Assembly (NCBI GenBank): GCA_964016885.1 | Contig: OZ024742.1 | Location: forward strand, 363,444,001 to 363,508,000 | Length of the DNA stretch: 64,000 bases | From: Eledone cirrhosa | Taxonomy: Eukaryota | Direction of reading: 5' to 3' | Shown: positions 37,701 through 50,232 of the stretch, in pieces | How the letters are laid out: each line of letters opens with the position of its first letter | How positions within the stretch are numbered: the stretch's first letter is position 1 | Program-made: the position numbers and the translations under genes | The notes under the pieces: generated by a model | What the model was told of the DNA's origin: nothing | Seen by the model: the letters and a program-made list of their open reading frames with translations, nothing else | Database searches by the model: none

Positions 37701-39705
37701 TCCAGGTATTATTTATCTCAGTATTCAGATCATTGTCTGCTTCGGGTCGTTCCTCCTTTCTCAGGACCTGTTCACCTTCATTTCCCACTGGCTCGCTTGT
37801 CTGGCATACTACACCCGCCATCTTCAAGCCATTCTCTCTGCTCAGTTCCTCCAGTTCCAGCTCGCTTATCCACCCATTAGTTCTTATTACCCGAGCCTGC
37901 CCGGCCAATTTTTGTTCATCTAATTTAAATAGACCAATCTCGTTCCAGATGTTATGCATCCGTCTCCTATAGCCCCTCTCCTTGGGGTCACTCTTCAGGT
38001 AACATTGCATAACAGTTCTATTCAATTCTTTCGTCCAGTTGGATCTGGTCCCTTTCCTTCTTCTTCTTCCTCCGACACCAGCAGTATTTGGTTGACAGCC
38101 AGGTCCCTGCTGCTGAGCCAGAGAGCACCTGTTGGGTGAGAGTCTGTCACATGACGTTCTAGTCTCCATTTCACCGTTATTCGAACTGTTTAGGTTCGAC
38201 ATTTAAACACTCTTATCGAGGATTGGCGAATGTATGGTTACATAACCACCGGTGGATTCACCGCCTCCGGTGGTTGAGTCACTCCACGTGGCCCTTGTGT
38301 GGCATTATCACGCTGTAGACGAACACAAATAAACAAACAAACAAACAGGCAGAAAACCCCAACAAATGAATAAGCATAAGTTTCATTGTAATGTAGTGTT
38401 CGAATGTCTGACTTAGTTTTTCCCTTCCTTTCTCTGTCCGTCCGTTTGTTTATCTCTTCATTCTTATTTTCTTTACGTTTTTTTTTTGTTTTTTTTGTTG
38501 TTGTTGTTGCTGTGCTGCTTTGATTTTGATTTTTGTTTTTTCTTTTGAGTCTATTTATATATTTTGATGCCTTCCTCTTTTTTAGTAGGAATTCTACAAT
38601 GTGGTGGCGGTGCTGTGCTAGCAGGAGGTAGTGGGGGAGAATAGCGGCGGTAGCGATACTGAGGCAGTGGAGGCGGTGATGTGGTCGTATTACTGTAGTG
38701 ATGGTGTCCTCTTTTAGTAGGAATTCTACAATGTGGTGGTGGTGCTGTGCTAGCAGCAACTAGCAGGAGGGAGTGGGAGAGAATAGCGGCGGTAGCGATA
38801 CTGAGGCAGTGGTGGTGGTGATGTGGTCGTATTACTGTAGTGATGGTGTTGTAGTTGGGGTATAAATTTGAGTCGATTCGACCAGAGTTTTCATCGTGGT
38901 AGTAGTGGTGGTATTGGTGGTGAAATAATAATCTGTAGTCGTTTAGTCATTTTGCCATTTTCGACTCCAACATTCCTGATCCAAAATTAAATATTAATCT
39001 TGTTTATCAATATTGTCTAGTGGTATCGCCATCCTCCCCTTTCGTAAGTTAACAGAAGGTAGTGGGGGGATAGCGGTGGTAGCAATGAAGGAGTGGTGGC
39101 GGCGGTGATGGGATAGTGGTAGTAATGATGGATGGGCGGCGGCGGTGACTGTAGTGATGGCGTTGTCGTTACTGATGTCCGTTCGGTGAATCTATGGGGT
39201 TAGTCGCGTACATGTGTTGACATAAATTCCCTTAATGTTGGAATTAAACATTTTGGTAAAACTTGGGACAATAATAATAGTAATTATTATTATCATTATT
39301 ATGTTGAGATTGGTTGTGGTGGTGGTGAAATTGCCGTTATCTGGCTGTTGTGTTTAGTGTACACAGAGGGGTGATGGGGTAGGTGGTGTATCTAGTTTCT
39401 GGTGTTGGTGAAATTTCTGTTGTTTGGTGTTCTATATAGTGTAGACAGAGGAGGGGGGGGGGTTCTTCTTCTTCCATTTATAGCCATTTTCTTTTTTGAA
39501 TATACAATGTACAATACAAAGTTGAATATTTGAGCCTTATAACAATATATTTTGGGTCCGAATTTTTTTGGGGCTCAAGCCGGATGCTTTACGTAACATT
39601 TGTACTAAGAATTGTTATTTCACAAATGATATAAATATGTTAAAAATTCAAAACTTACGGGAGCGATTTCACGACTTTCTATCCACCACGTGCGTCTTCC
39701 TCCCT
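34735..39705 (-). mobile_element. R4/Dong-like RLE non-LTR retrotransposon, copy A; full-length but disrupted
   Basis: Split ORFs 37300-38202, 35996-37177 (RT: IFQGDSLSP, LFMDDLKL), 35459-35971 and 34812-35465 (CCHC, RHD, NRPD..D RLE); (TAA)n at both ends. Confidence 0.92.
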
Positions 39706-39739
39706 TATTATTATTATTATTATTATTATTATTGTTGTT

Positions 39740-41620
39740 ATTCCTTGAATCTCAGTCATTGATGTTGGTTAACTGGAAAGTCCGTTGGAATGAATATCAA
39801 GCCACTACCTGCAGCCTCAGATATTCAGGACGTATCGGAGGGTTCTTGCTGTTCCAAGCAAGCATGCCTTTTGAAGCGTTCCAAAAAGCGTGAAGGGGCC
39901 GATTTTCTTTAACCATCCCTGGAAACTTTTGGAGATAGTCCCCAGTGCGCCTATGACAATCGGGATCACTTTGACTTCATGGCAGTTCCAAATCCTTTTC
40001 ACCTCCCACTTTAAGTCCTGGTATCGGTTAATTTTCTCCCTATCCTTCTCTTGCACTCTCGTGTCGAAAGGGCAGGCCACATCCACAATCAGACACGATC
40101 TTTTTTCTTTGTCCACAACCACCAGGTCAGGTCTATTGTGTTCCAGTTTTTTGTCCGTCTGTATCCTAAAATCCCACAGCACCTTCACCTGATTGTTCTC
40201 CATCACCGCCTCTGGCCTATGCTCATACCATTTCTCAGAATGTGGTAAATTGTTTACTTTGCACAGGTGCCAGTGGATCACCCTGCCCATCACATGGTGT
40301 CTCCAGCCCTTATAGTGGGTCTGGGCTAGGTGTTTACACTCGGACACAATGTGAGCCACAGTCTCCTCTCTCTCACCACAGATCCTGCACAGTGGGCTAG
40401 CCTCCTCCTTGTAAATATGGTGCTTCAACCACTTCGTTTTGAGGGCCTGCTCCTGCGCAGCCATTAGCATTCCTTCTGTAGCCTTTTTGAGGTCTCCTCT
40501 TCTCAACCAGTTCCATGTCTGTGGATCTCTAAATTCAGTTTTCTCAAAGAAGGTACTATGAAGGGATTTTCCCTTAAGGCTGCTCTTCCTCCTTGATGTT
40601 ATTTCCTCCTTGGACATCCCCTGGCCCACTGTCCCCTCCTTCAGTACAGTTCTGAGCATTGGCTCCTTACTATAGGTCACGTATTTGTATAGGTTGTTTT
40701 TCTCCATCTGAACACAGTCCTCTATGCTGATAAGACCTCTTCCACCCTCAGATCTCCTTAGGTAGAGTCTATCGACATCACTCCTCTTGTGGAACATGTT
40801 GTAGATAGTCAATAGCTTCCTAGTCTTCCTATCCATTTCTTTTTGTTCAGCAACATTCCATCTCAGAATTCCCGCACTGTACCTAATAATAGACACAGCT
40901 CTGGAATTTACTGCGCTTATGGCATTTCTGCTGTTCAGATGTGACTTCAATACGCTCCTTACTCTCCGAATGTATTCAATTCTTAACAATTCCTTCATTT
41001 TTTTGTTCTTTATGCCATCAGCCTCCAGAACGCCCAAATACTTGTATCCTTCCTCAGAGTCAATTTCCTTTATCATCTCACCTGTTGGTATCTGGATCCC
41101 GTTACTTCTGCTCAACCTACCCCTCCTCATCACAATGACTCCACATTTACTAATACCAAACTGCATACATATATCACTGCTGAAAATACGGACAGTGGCA
41201 ACAAGCACATCCAACTCCTTCTCACTTTTCCCGAAGAGCTTAAGATCGTCCATGAAGAGGAGGTGATTGATGGTAAGCTCTCCCTTTCCCAACATGTATC
41301 CTGCTCTCACTTTTCGCAGCATAATGGTCAAGGGCATCAGGGCAAGGACAAACAACAGAGGGGACAGGCTATCTCCCTGGAAGATACCTCTCTTGATCTT
41401 CACGCTTCCCAAGGATTCTCCAGTTGATGTCAACTCTGTCTCCCAGGACCCCATACTCCTGCCCAGCAACAGTCTGATGTTATCTGCCACCTTGAAGATC
41501 TCCAGGCTTTTGGTGATCCAAGAATGAGGCACCATGTCAAATGCCTTTCTGTAGTCTATCCATCCCATGCCAAGATCAGTGTGTCCCCTCCTGCAATTCC
41601 CCATTACCATCTTATCAATA
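39740..41620 (-). mobile_element. R4/Dong-like element, copy B; 5'-truncated inside the RT
   Basis: Begins at IDKMVMGNC directly after (TAA)n and is intact to the 3' UTR. Confidence 0.92.
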
Positions 41621-41668
<48 letters not shown>

Positions 41669-41677
41669 GTTATTGTT

Positions 41678-44600
41678 ATTCCTTGAATCTCAGTCATTGA
41701 TGTTGGTTAACTGGAAAGTCCGTTGGATTGAATATCAAGCCACTACCTGCAGCCTCAGATATTCAGGACGTATCAGAGGGTTCTTGCCGTTCCAAGCAAG
41801 CATGCCTTTTGAAGCGTTCCAAAAAGCGTGAAGGGGCCGATTTTCTTTAACCATCCCTGGAAACCTTTGGAGATAGTCCCCAGTGCGCCTATGACAATCG
41901 GGATCACTTTGACTTCATGGCAGTTCCAAATCCTTTTCACCTCCCACTTTAGGTCCTGGTATCGGTTAATTTTCTCCCTCTCCTTCTCTTGCACTCTCGT
42001 GTCGAACGGGCAGGCCACATCCACAATCAGGCACGATCTTTTTTCTTTGTCCACAACCACCAGGTCAGGTCTATTGTGTTCCAGTTTTTTGTCCGTCTGT
42101 ATCCTAAAATCCCACAGCACCTTCACCTGACTGTTCTCCATCACCGCCTCTGGCCTATGCTCATACCATTTCTCAGAATGTGGTAGATTGTTTACTTTGC
42201 ACAGGTGACAGTGGATCACCCTGTCCATCACATCGTGTCTCCAGCCCTTATAGTGGGTCTGGGCTAGGTGTTTACACTCGGACACAATGTGAGCCACAGT
42301 CTCCTCTCTCTCTCCACAGATCCTGCACAGTGGGCTAGCCTCCTCCTTGTAGATATGGTGCTTCAACCACTTCGTTTTGAGGGCCTGCTCCTGCGCAGCC
42401 ATTAGCATTCCTTCTGTAGCCTTTTTGAGGTCTCCTCTTCTCAACCAGTTCCATGTCTGTGGATCTCTAAATTCAGTTTTCTCAAAGAAGGTACTATGAA
42501 GGGATTTTCCCTTAAGGCTGCTCTTCCTCCTTGATGTTATTTCCTCCTTGGGTATCCCCTGGCCTACTGTCCCCTCCTTCAGTACAGCTCTGAGCATTGG
42601 CTCCTTACTATAGGTCACGTATTTGTATAGGTTGTTTTTCTCCATCTGAACACAGTCCTCTATGCTGATAAGACCTCTTCCACCCTCAGATCTCCTTAGG
42701 TAGAGTCTATCGACATCACTCCTCTTGTGGAACATGTTGTAGATAGTCAATAGCTTCCTAGTCTTCCTATCCATTTCTTTTTGTTCAGCAACATTCCATC
42801 TCAGAATTCCCGCACTGTACCTAATAATAGACACAGCTCGGGAATTTACTGCGCTTATGGCATTTCTGCTGTTCAGATGTGACTTCAATACGCTCCTTAC
42901 TCTCCGAATATATTCAGTTCTTAACAATTCCTTCATTTTTTTGTTCTTTATGCCATCAGCCTCCAGAACGCCCAAATACTTGTATCCTTCCTCAGAGTCA
43001 ATTTCCTTTATCATCTCACCTGTTGGTATCTGGATCCCGTTACTTCTGCTCAACCTACCCCTCCTCATCACAATGACTCCACATTTACCAATACCAAACT
43101 GCATACATATATCACTGCTGAAAATACGGACAGTGTCAACAAGCACATCCAACTCCTTCTCACTTTTCCCGAAGAGCTTAAGATCGTCCATGAAGAGGAG
43201 GTGATTGATGGTAAGCTCTCCCCTTCCCAACTTGTATCCTGCTCTCACTTTTCGCAGCATAATGGTCAAGGGCATCAGGGCAAGGACAAACAACAGAGGG
43301 GACAGGCTATCTCCCTGGAAGATACCTCTCTTGATCTTCACGCTTCCCAAGGATACTCCAGTTGATGTCAACTCTGTCTCCCAGGACCCCATACTCCTGC
43401 CCAGCAACTGTCTGATGTTATCTGCCACCCTGAAGATCTCCAGGCTTTTGGTGATCCAGGAATGAGGCACCATGTCAAATGCCTTTCTGTAGTCTATCCA
43501 TCCCATGGCAAGATCAGTGTGTCTCCTCCTGCAATTCCCCATTACCATCTTATCAATAAGCAACTGGTCCTTTGTACCACGTGACTTCTTTCGGCATCCT
43601 TTCTGTTCGTCCGGCAACAAGTTGTTTGTGTGGAGGTGATGGTAGATTTCCTCAGACACAATGCTCGTCAACAGTTTCCACATTACGAGCAGACATGTGA
43701 TAGGTCTATAGTTGGTAACATCATTACCCTTGATTCGGTCTTTCATTATCAGAACTGTGGTACCTTTTGTCAACCACTCTGGCACCTCACCCGACACCAA
43801 GCAGTCATTGAACATGGCCGTCAGCTTCGGGTGGAGGGATGTTAAATGTTTAATCCAATACCCCTGCACACCATCTGGGCCTGGTGATTTCCAGTTGGTT
43901 ATTTTTTTGGCTTGCCCCTTAAGAGTTTCAACTGTGATACTCAAATCAGTCTGTTGCTGTGCCTGCTCACCGATCTCCCTCTGTACTGTCTCAATCCACC
44001 CTGCCTGGGCATTGTGTCTAACATCCTGCTCCCATATTCCTCTCCAGAATGTTTTAGCTTGTTCCGCCCCAGGGATCAAGTCGGTGCCTCTTTCTTTCCC
44101 CTCAAGCTGTCCAAACAGCATCTTCTGGTTGTTGTCGAACATGCGGTTCTGTTTATACTGACTGACTCTGTTCTCGTATCGCCTGATTTTGGCACTCTTT
44201 GCTACAATGCGTTGCTTCAATTCCTCTATGATAATATTTAGCTTTTTACTCCTAGTTTTGTATTTTATTTCCAGTCTATTTTTAGTGCCTATGTTTTTTA
44301 GTGTCCCATTCAGTAGTGACTCAAGCTTTCCTATGTCATTTCTCATTTCCCCGATTTGCCCACTCAGTCGCTTCTTCCACCACGGCTCTGCTCTTTCTTG
44401 TCTGTTGTTTCCTCTCGCTTTTATACCAAGTAGTTTCCTCACCGTATTTGCTGTTGCTTTGAGGATATTGTTGCACTGGTGAAGACTCCTCGCCTCAAGG
44501 TATGGGATGACTTTGTTTACCTTAGCTGTTGTTTCTTTTAACTTTTTCCTGTCTACAAATCTTAGGTTCATAGGTCTCCCACTATCATTGTTCAACTCAT

Positions 44601-46537
44601 CTACCACTAAATTTAGGATGTCAACCGAATCTTGTCCTAGCCCGTCAGCATTCATCTCCTCAGTGGCCGTATCTCTGTTCCAGGTATTATTTATCTCAGT
44701 ATTCAGATCATTGTCTGCTTCGGGTGGTTCCTCCGCTCTCAGGACCTCCTCACCTTCATTTCCCGCCGGCTCGCTTGTCTGGCATACTACACCCGCCATC
44801 TCCAAGCCATTCTCTCTGCTCAGTTCCTCCAGTTCCAGCTCGCTTATCCACCCATTAGTTCTTATTACCCGAGCCTGCCCGGCCAATTTTTGTTCATCTA
44901 ATTTAAATAAACCAATCTCGTTCCAGATGTTATGCATCCGTCTCCTGTAGCCCCTCTCCTTGGGGTTACTTTTCAGGTAGCATTGCATAACAGTTCTATT
45001 CAATTCTTTCGTCCAGTTGGTTCTGGCCCCTTTCCTTCTTCTTCTTCCTCCAACATCAGCAGTATTTCGTTGACAGTCAGGTTCCTGCTGCTGAGCCAGG
45101 GGGCACCTGTTGGGTGAGAGTCTGTCACATGACGTTCTAGTCTCCATTTCACCGTTATTCGAACTGTTTATGTTCGATATTTAAACACTCTTATCGAGGA
45201 TTGGCGAATGTATGTTTACATAGCCATCTGTGGATCCGCCATCCCACTTGGCCCTTGTGTGGCATTATCACCACGCTGTATACGGACACACATAAACAAA
45301 CAAACACACGGGCAGAAAGGGCCCCAAAAATGAATAAGCATAAGTTTCATTGTAATGTAGTATTCGAATGTCTGACTTAGTTTTTGTTTTTTAAGTTTTA
45401 CTTTTTCCCCCCTCTTCTCTGTCCGTCCGCCTGCTTCTCTCTTCATTCTTATTTTCTTTACGTTTTTGGGGTTTCTTTTTTTGTTTTTGTTTTTCTCTGT
45501 TTTTCTCGTTTTTTACTGTTGTTGCTGTGCTGCTTTTGTTGTTTGTTTTTTCTTTTTTCTTTTGAGTCTATCTATATATTTTGATGCCTTCCTCTTTGTT
45601 AGTAGTAGGAATTCTATAATGTGGAAGTGGTAGCCAGCAGAGACTAGCGGCGTTGGCGATACTGAGACAGTGGTGGCGGTGATGTCGATACCGAGGCAGT
45701 GGTGGCGGTGATGCGACCGTATTACTGTAGTGATGGTGCTGTAGCGGTGGCATCAGCAGTGAAGGAGTCAGGGGGTGGTGGCGGCGGTGATGGGATAGTG
45801 GTGGTAATGATGGCCGTAGTGAGCGGTGGCGGTGAAGGTGAAAATGCTGTTGTGTTTAGTGTACACAGATGATGGGGTGGGTGGTGTATCTAGTTTCTGG
45901 TGTTGGTGAGTTTCGCTGTCCTATATAGTGTAGCCAGAGGAGAGGAGGGGGGGGTTCTTCTTCTTCCATTTATAGCCATTTTATTTATTTTTTTTTTTTT
46001 GGATATACAGTGTACAATACAAAGTTGAATATTTGAATATTTGAGCCGTATTACTGTAGTGATGGTGCTGTAGCGGTGGCAGCAGCAGTGAAGGAGTCAA
46101 GGGGTGGTGGCGGCGGTGATGGGATAGTGGTGGTAATGATGGCCGTAGTGAGCGGTGGCGGTGAAGGTGAAAATGCTGTTGTGTTTAGTGTACACAGATG
46201 ATGGGGTGGGCGGTGTATCTAGTTTCTGGTGTTGGTGAGTTTGGCTGTCCTATATAGTGTAGCCAGAGGAGAGGAGGGGGGGGGTTTCTTCTTCTTCCAT
46301 TTATAGCCATTTTTTTTGGGGGGGGGGGTATACAGTGTACAATACAAAGTTGAATATTTGAATATTTGAGCCTTATAACAATATATTTTGGGTCCGAATT
46401 TTTTGGGGCTCAAGCCGGGTGCTTTACGTAGCATTTGTACTAAGAGTTGTTATTTCACAAATGATTTAAATATGTTAAAAATTCAAAACTTACGGGAGCG
46501 ATTTCATGACCTCCGTCACCTCGTGCGTCTTCTTCCC

Positions 46538-46538
<1 letters not shown>
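41678..46538 (-). mobile_element. R4/Dong-like element, copy C; full-length with a 5'-UTR tandem duplication of about 329 bp
   Basis: Same 5' terminus as copy A (GGGA.GAAGACGCACG) next to (TAA)n; duplicated block starts at 45718 and 46047. Confidence 0.93.
41773..45147 (-). CDS. Retrotransposon ORF: N-terminal domain, RT, CCHC zinc knuckle and PD-(D/E)xK restriction-like endonuclease (1124 aa)
   Basis: Uninterrupted ORF with WKSPGPDG, NYRPITCL, IDYRKAFD, QGDSLSP, FMDD, CRICG..ET..HIVSEC, RHD, RPD. A CGA>TGA change removes only the last six residues (RYVLNI). Confidence 0.93.
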   Translation of the reverse strand: METRTSCDRLSPNRCPLAQQQEPDCQRNTADVGGRRRRKGARTNWTKELNRTVMQCYLKSNPKERGYRRRMHNIWNEIGLFKLDEQKLAGQARVIRTNGWISELELEELSRENGLEMAGVVCQTSEPAGNEGEEVLRAEEPPEADNDLNTEINNTWNRDTATEEMNADGLGQDSVDILNLVVDELNNDSGRPMNLRFVDRKKLKETTAKVNKVIPYLEARSLHQCNNILKATANTVRKLLGIKARGNNRQERAEPWWKKRLSGQIGEMRNDIGKLESLLNGTLKNIGTKNRLEIKYKTRSKKLNIIIEELKQRIVAKSAKIRRYENRVSQYKQNRMFDNNQKMLFGQLEGKERGTDLIPGAEQAKTFWRGIWEQDVRHNAQAGWIETVQREIGEQAQQQTDLSITVETLKGQAKKITNWKSPGPDGVQGYWIKHLTSLHPKLTAMFNDCLVSGEVPEWLTKGTTVLIMKDRIKGNDVTNYRPITCLLVMWKLLTSIVSEEIYHHLHTNNLLPDEQKGCRKKSRGTKDQLLIDKMVMGNCRRRHTDLAMGWIDYRKAFDMVPHSWITKSLEIFRVADNIRQLLGRSMGSWETELTSTGVSLGSVKIKRGIFQGDSLSPLLFVLALMPLTIMLRKVRAGYKLGRGELTINHLLFMDDLKLFGKSEKELDVLVDTVRIFSSDICMQFGIGKCGVIVMRRGRLSRSNGIQIPTGEMIKEIDSEEGYKYLGVLEADGIKNKKMKELLRTEYIRRVRSVLKSHLNSRNAISAVNSRAVSIIRYSAGILRWNVAEQKEMDRKTRKLLTIYNMFHKRSDVDRLYLRRSEGGRGLISIEDCVQMEKNNLYKYVTYSKEPMLRAVLKEGTVGQGIPKEEITSRRKSSLKGKSLHSTFFEKTEFRDPQTWNWLRRGDLKKATEGMLMAAQEQALKTKWLKHHIYKEEASPLCRICGEREETVAHIVSECKHLAQTHYKGWRHDVMDRVIHCHLCKVNNLPHSEKWYEHRPEAVMENSQVKVLWDFRIQTDKKLEHNRPDLVVVDKEKRSCLIVDVACPFDTRVQEKEREKINRYQDLKWEVKRIWNCHEVKVIPIVIGALGTISKGFQGWLKKIGPFTLFGTLQKACLLGTARTL

Positions 46539-46599
<61 letters not shown>

Positions 46600-46601
<2 letters not shown>

Positions 46602-49445
46602 CAGTTGCATTTATCTTGCTTTATGTTCATACGAGTTATCACCAAGTCACAACCAGTGACCACAAGAGACAAGGTCCATCATGTTCAAGAAAGAACATAC
46701 ATACTCACACATGCATCTTTAGGTGTTTAGATTTGTGATGTACTTATATTGACAGAATCTCCCTTAGTATATGGGCAGTTCCCATTAGTACTATCTTTTG
46801 CATTTCTCCTATACGCGGGTTTCCTGGGATTTGCGATAAGTAATCATTAGACCCCTTAGGTATCATTCCTAGACCGCCTACAACCACTGGTATTGTTCTA
46901 GTTCTAATTTCCACATTTTTCCAATTTCTATCTCCAGGTCCTTATACTTGCTCAATTTTTCAAATGTTTTTATAGATATATTCTTGTCTATTGGAACGGA
47001 CATATCAATTAGCAGGCATACCCTCTTTTTAAAGTCCTTCAGTATTATATCAGGTCTATTTGCATCTATTTTTCGGTCTGTGTAGATGCTAAAGTTCCAC
47101 AAGTTTGAGATGTGATCTTTTTCAAGTATGGGAGGTGGTTGATGCTCCCACCAATTCTTTTGATGGGGAAGATCAAAATGCTTACACATTATCCAATGTA
47201 TGTATTGTGCAGATCTGTCATGCCTGTTTAGGTATTCGGTTGGAGCTATAGGACTGCACATTGAAATTATATGATCAATGGTCTCTGGTTGTTTTTTACA
47301 TACACGGCATAATGGGCTGCATCCATTTTTTATTATGTTGGCTGGGTAATTTTTTGTTTGCAGACACTGATCTTGTGCTGATATAATCAGTCCTTCAATC
47401 TCCGATTTCAGTCCAGAGGATGCCAACCACTGATGGGTTAAAGTTTTGTCAACATCAGGATTGTTAGCTCTGGGATTTTCCATATAGAGGCTTTTCGTCC
47501 CATTTCTTAGCCAGTTTCTGTAGCAGTTCTTTCTTTGCAGTTACTTTTACCTGCTTTGCTTTTTCTGTGTTTTCCATTTCAGCAGTAAATGGGACTTCTG
47601 AAATGTGTAGTCCATTACTGTAGCTTTGTGCATCTTTTGTAATGGAGTATGATCTTTTGATGCTTTTGTGTTTCAAAACGAGTTTGATCATCCAATCATG
47701 TGATTCCCTTAGATATGTAGATAATCCAATTGTTGCAGTTTTCAACGCATTATCTAACTGGATTAACCCACGTCCTCCTTCTTTCCTAGGGAGATATATT
47801 CTATCTCTATCTGCCTTAGGGTGATGCATTCTGTGCATGGTTAAGAATTTTCTAATTTTTGTATCGAGCCTACGGATCTCTGTGCTTGACCAGTTGATGA
47901 CATTGTAACTGTAGGTTACTACTGGTATGGCAAGCGTGTTTATGGCATCGATCCTATTCCTTGCATTCAATTCCGTTCTTAAGATTGCTCTTACTCTGCG
48001 GTAACATTCCTTCCTTATCCTTTCCCTCATTGTCGAGTGCTTGATTCCGTCTCCTTCACAAACACCTAGATATTTGTAAGTTTCATCTTGATCAAGTTCT
48101 CTTATCACATTCCTCTGGTGAACGTTGCTTTGGCGCATTTATCTAGTCCAAACTCCATTTTAATGTCATCACTGAACTGCTCCACAGTGGATAATAGCCC
48201 TTGCAATTCTTCATAATTGTTTGCAAATAGTTTCAGGTCATCCATGTAGAACAAGTGATTAATGGTTTTGTCATAGACTTTATATCCATGTTTTGTTTCA
48301 TTGAGCATTTTACTTAATGATATAAGTGCGATGCAGAATAAAAGCGGTGATAAAGAGTCACCCTGAAAAATTCCACAATTAATATTAACTTCTCCAGCTT
48401 CCAGTGATTTTGTTTCACTATTCAAAAGGAGTGTCGTTTTCCATGTCTTCATACTGAATGACAAGAACTTCCTGACAACGGGAGATATTTTGAAAATCTC
48501 TAAACATTTTTCACTCCAACTGTGTGGCAAACTATCGAATGCTTTTTTATAATCTATCCAAGCAATTGATAGATTTTTGTGTCTATTATGACAATCTTCC
48601 AGTATCATTTTGTTAACCAAAAGCTGATACTTACAGCCATATGAGCCTCGTTTACACCCTTTCTTCTCATTGGGAAATAGGTCATTTGTTATCAGGTGGT
48701 CATATGTATATTCAGTTAGGACTGATGTTAAAATGTTATACATTGTGGTCAAGCAAGTTATCGGTCTGTAGTTTTGGGGATTGTTTGTCTCATCATTCTT
48801 CGGAAGCAGGAATGTAATGCCGTTAACTAGCCATGATGGTATCTTTTCTGGCTCCTTAACTATTTCATTGTAAAGTTGGGGTAACAGCTCATGAGACTCT
48901 GTGAAGGCATTCATCCAAACATTTGGTATTTTGTCTTTTCCTGGGGATTTCCATTTGCTGGTTTTTCTAAGAGCCAAACGCAACTGTTCAACTGTTATAT
49001 TTTCCCATATTTGTTCCTCAAGGTGAGCTGTATCTTTCATTTGTCTGTCTATCCATGGGGCATGTATATTATGAACTTTTTCTTCGGCCCAGATCTTTTC
49101 CCAGAATTCTTGCACTTCCTCTTTGGGTGGTATTGATTTAGCAGTTATTGTTGACTTGCCAATTTTTCTGTAGAAGTTTCTTTGGTTGTTTTTGAACATA
49201 TTATTGTCCTTATAGAATCTAGATCGTTTTTCAAAGCGCCTTATACGAGCAGCTTTGGCCGACACTTTTTGCTTGATTATTTCTATCAGCATGTCTATGT
49301 CACTTGTTGATTTTATACTGTATTTTCTTTTCAATTTTCTAAGTTTAGTTTTTTTAACATGTTCACCTACTTTATAGTTTGTTAAAATTTCTATGTCAGA
49401 TCGGAGAAGGTTTATTTGGCGATTGATGTTCTCTTGCCAAGTAGA
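46600..49445 (-). mobile_element. Second R4/Dong-like family, 5'-truncated and frameshifted
   Basis: ORFs 48105-49334 (RT, FYMDD), 47464-48138 and 46878-47483 (CRVC..ET..HIISMC, RHD, NRPD); flanked by (TAA)n and (TTC/TTA/TTG)n. Confidence 0.9.
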
Positions 49446-49461
49446 TTTCTTCTTCTTCTTC

Positions 49462-49508
<47 letters not shown>

Positions 49509-49511
49509 GTT

Positions 49512-49559
<48 letters not shown>

Positions 49560-50007
49560 ATGTATTCGTTTAGAATAATTTCTTCAGATTTTATCGTTTT
49601 TCTTTTTCCATTTAATTCAAGCAAGTCACGTCATTTGCTATTAACAAACCGAATCTCACTGTTCCTCATAGAAGGAACTGATTGTATCAAAGAACTCCAG
49701 CGTCTCAGCTTTAGAGTTACATTTGATGCCACCACTCAACAGTTCATTACTCTTGGTTAGATGGTACCTTCGTTTAGTATTCTATAACATGTAAGGGTGG
49801 GGGCTCTAAAACCGAATAACAAACAGAACTATGAATAATCGACGTTATTGAAAAAACATCTCTTTTGATGTGAAATCGATTAACGAAACACATCTTGTTA
49901 GAGTCAAGAAATTTCTTAATTCAAGAAGGAAGACCAAATATTTTCTAACACATTCCATTTCAGCTGATGTGTCATACGACTTACAATAGTTGATACAGTC
50001 GATTGAT

Positions 50008-50056
<49 letters not shown>

Positions 50057-50077
50057 TTCAGTAGTACTAGTAGTATT

Positions 50078-50108
<31 letters not shown>

Positions 50109-50140
50109 GTAGTAGTAGTAGTAGTAGTACTAGTAGTATT

Positions 50141-50230
<90 letters not shown>
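49446..50230. repeat. Trinucleotide microsatellite clusters: (TTC/TTA/TTG)n at 49446-49560 and (TAG/TTA)n at 50005-50230
   Basis: Seen directly. Confidence 0.9.

Positions 50231-50232
<2 letters not shown>

Noticed and set aside
41621-41697. Poly-Ile N-terminus of ORF 39817-41697 as a membrane anchor
   Set aside because: Chance read-through of (TAA)n and the neighbouring 3' UTR into a truncated copy.
35046-45117. Plus-strand ORFs overlapping the R4-like elements
   Set aside because: They are antisense shadows of the RT ORF with no recognisable motifs.
46380-46538. HDV-like or twister ribozyme at the R4-like 5' end
   Set aside because: I could not place P3/L3, P1.1 and the catalytic C, or the twister conserved nucleotides, on the sense strand.
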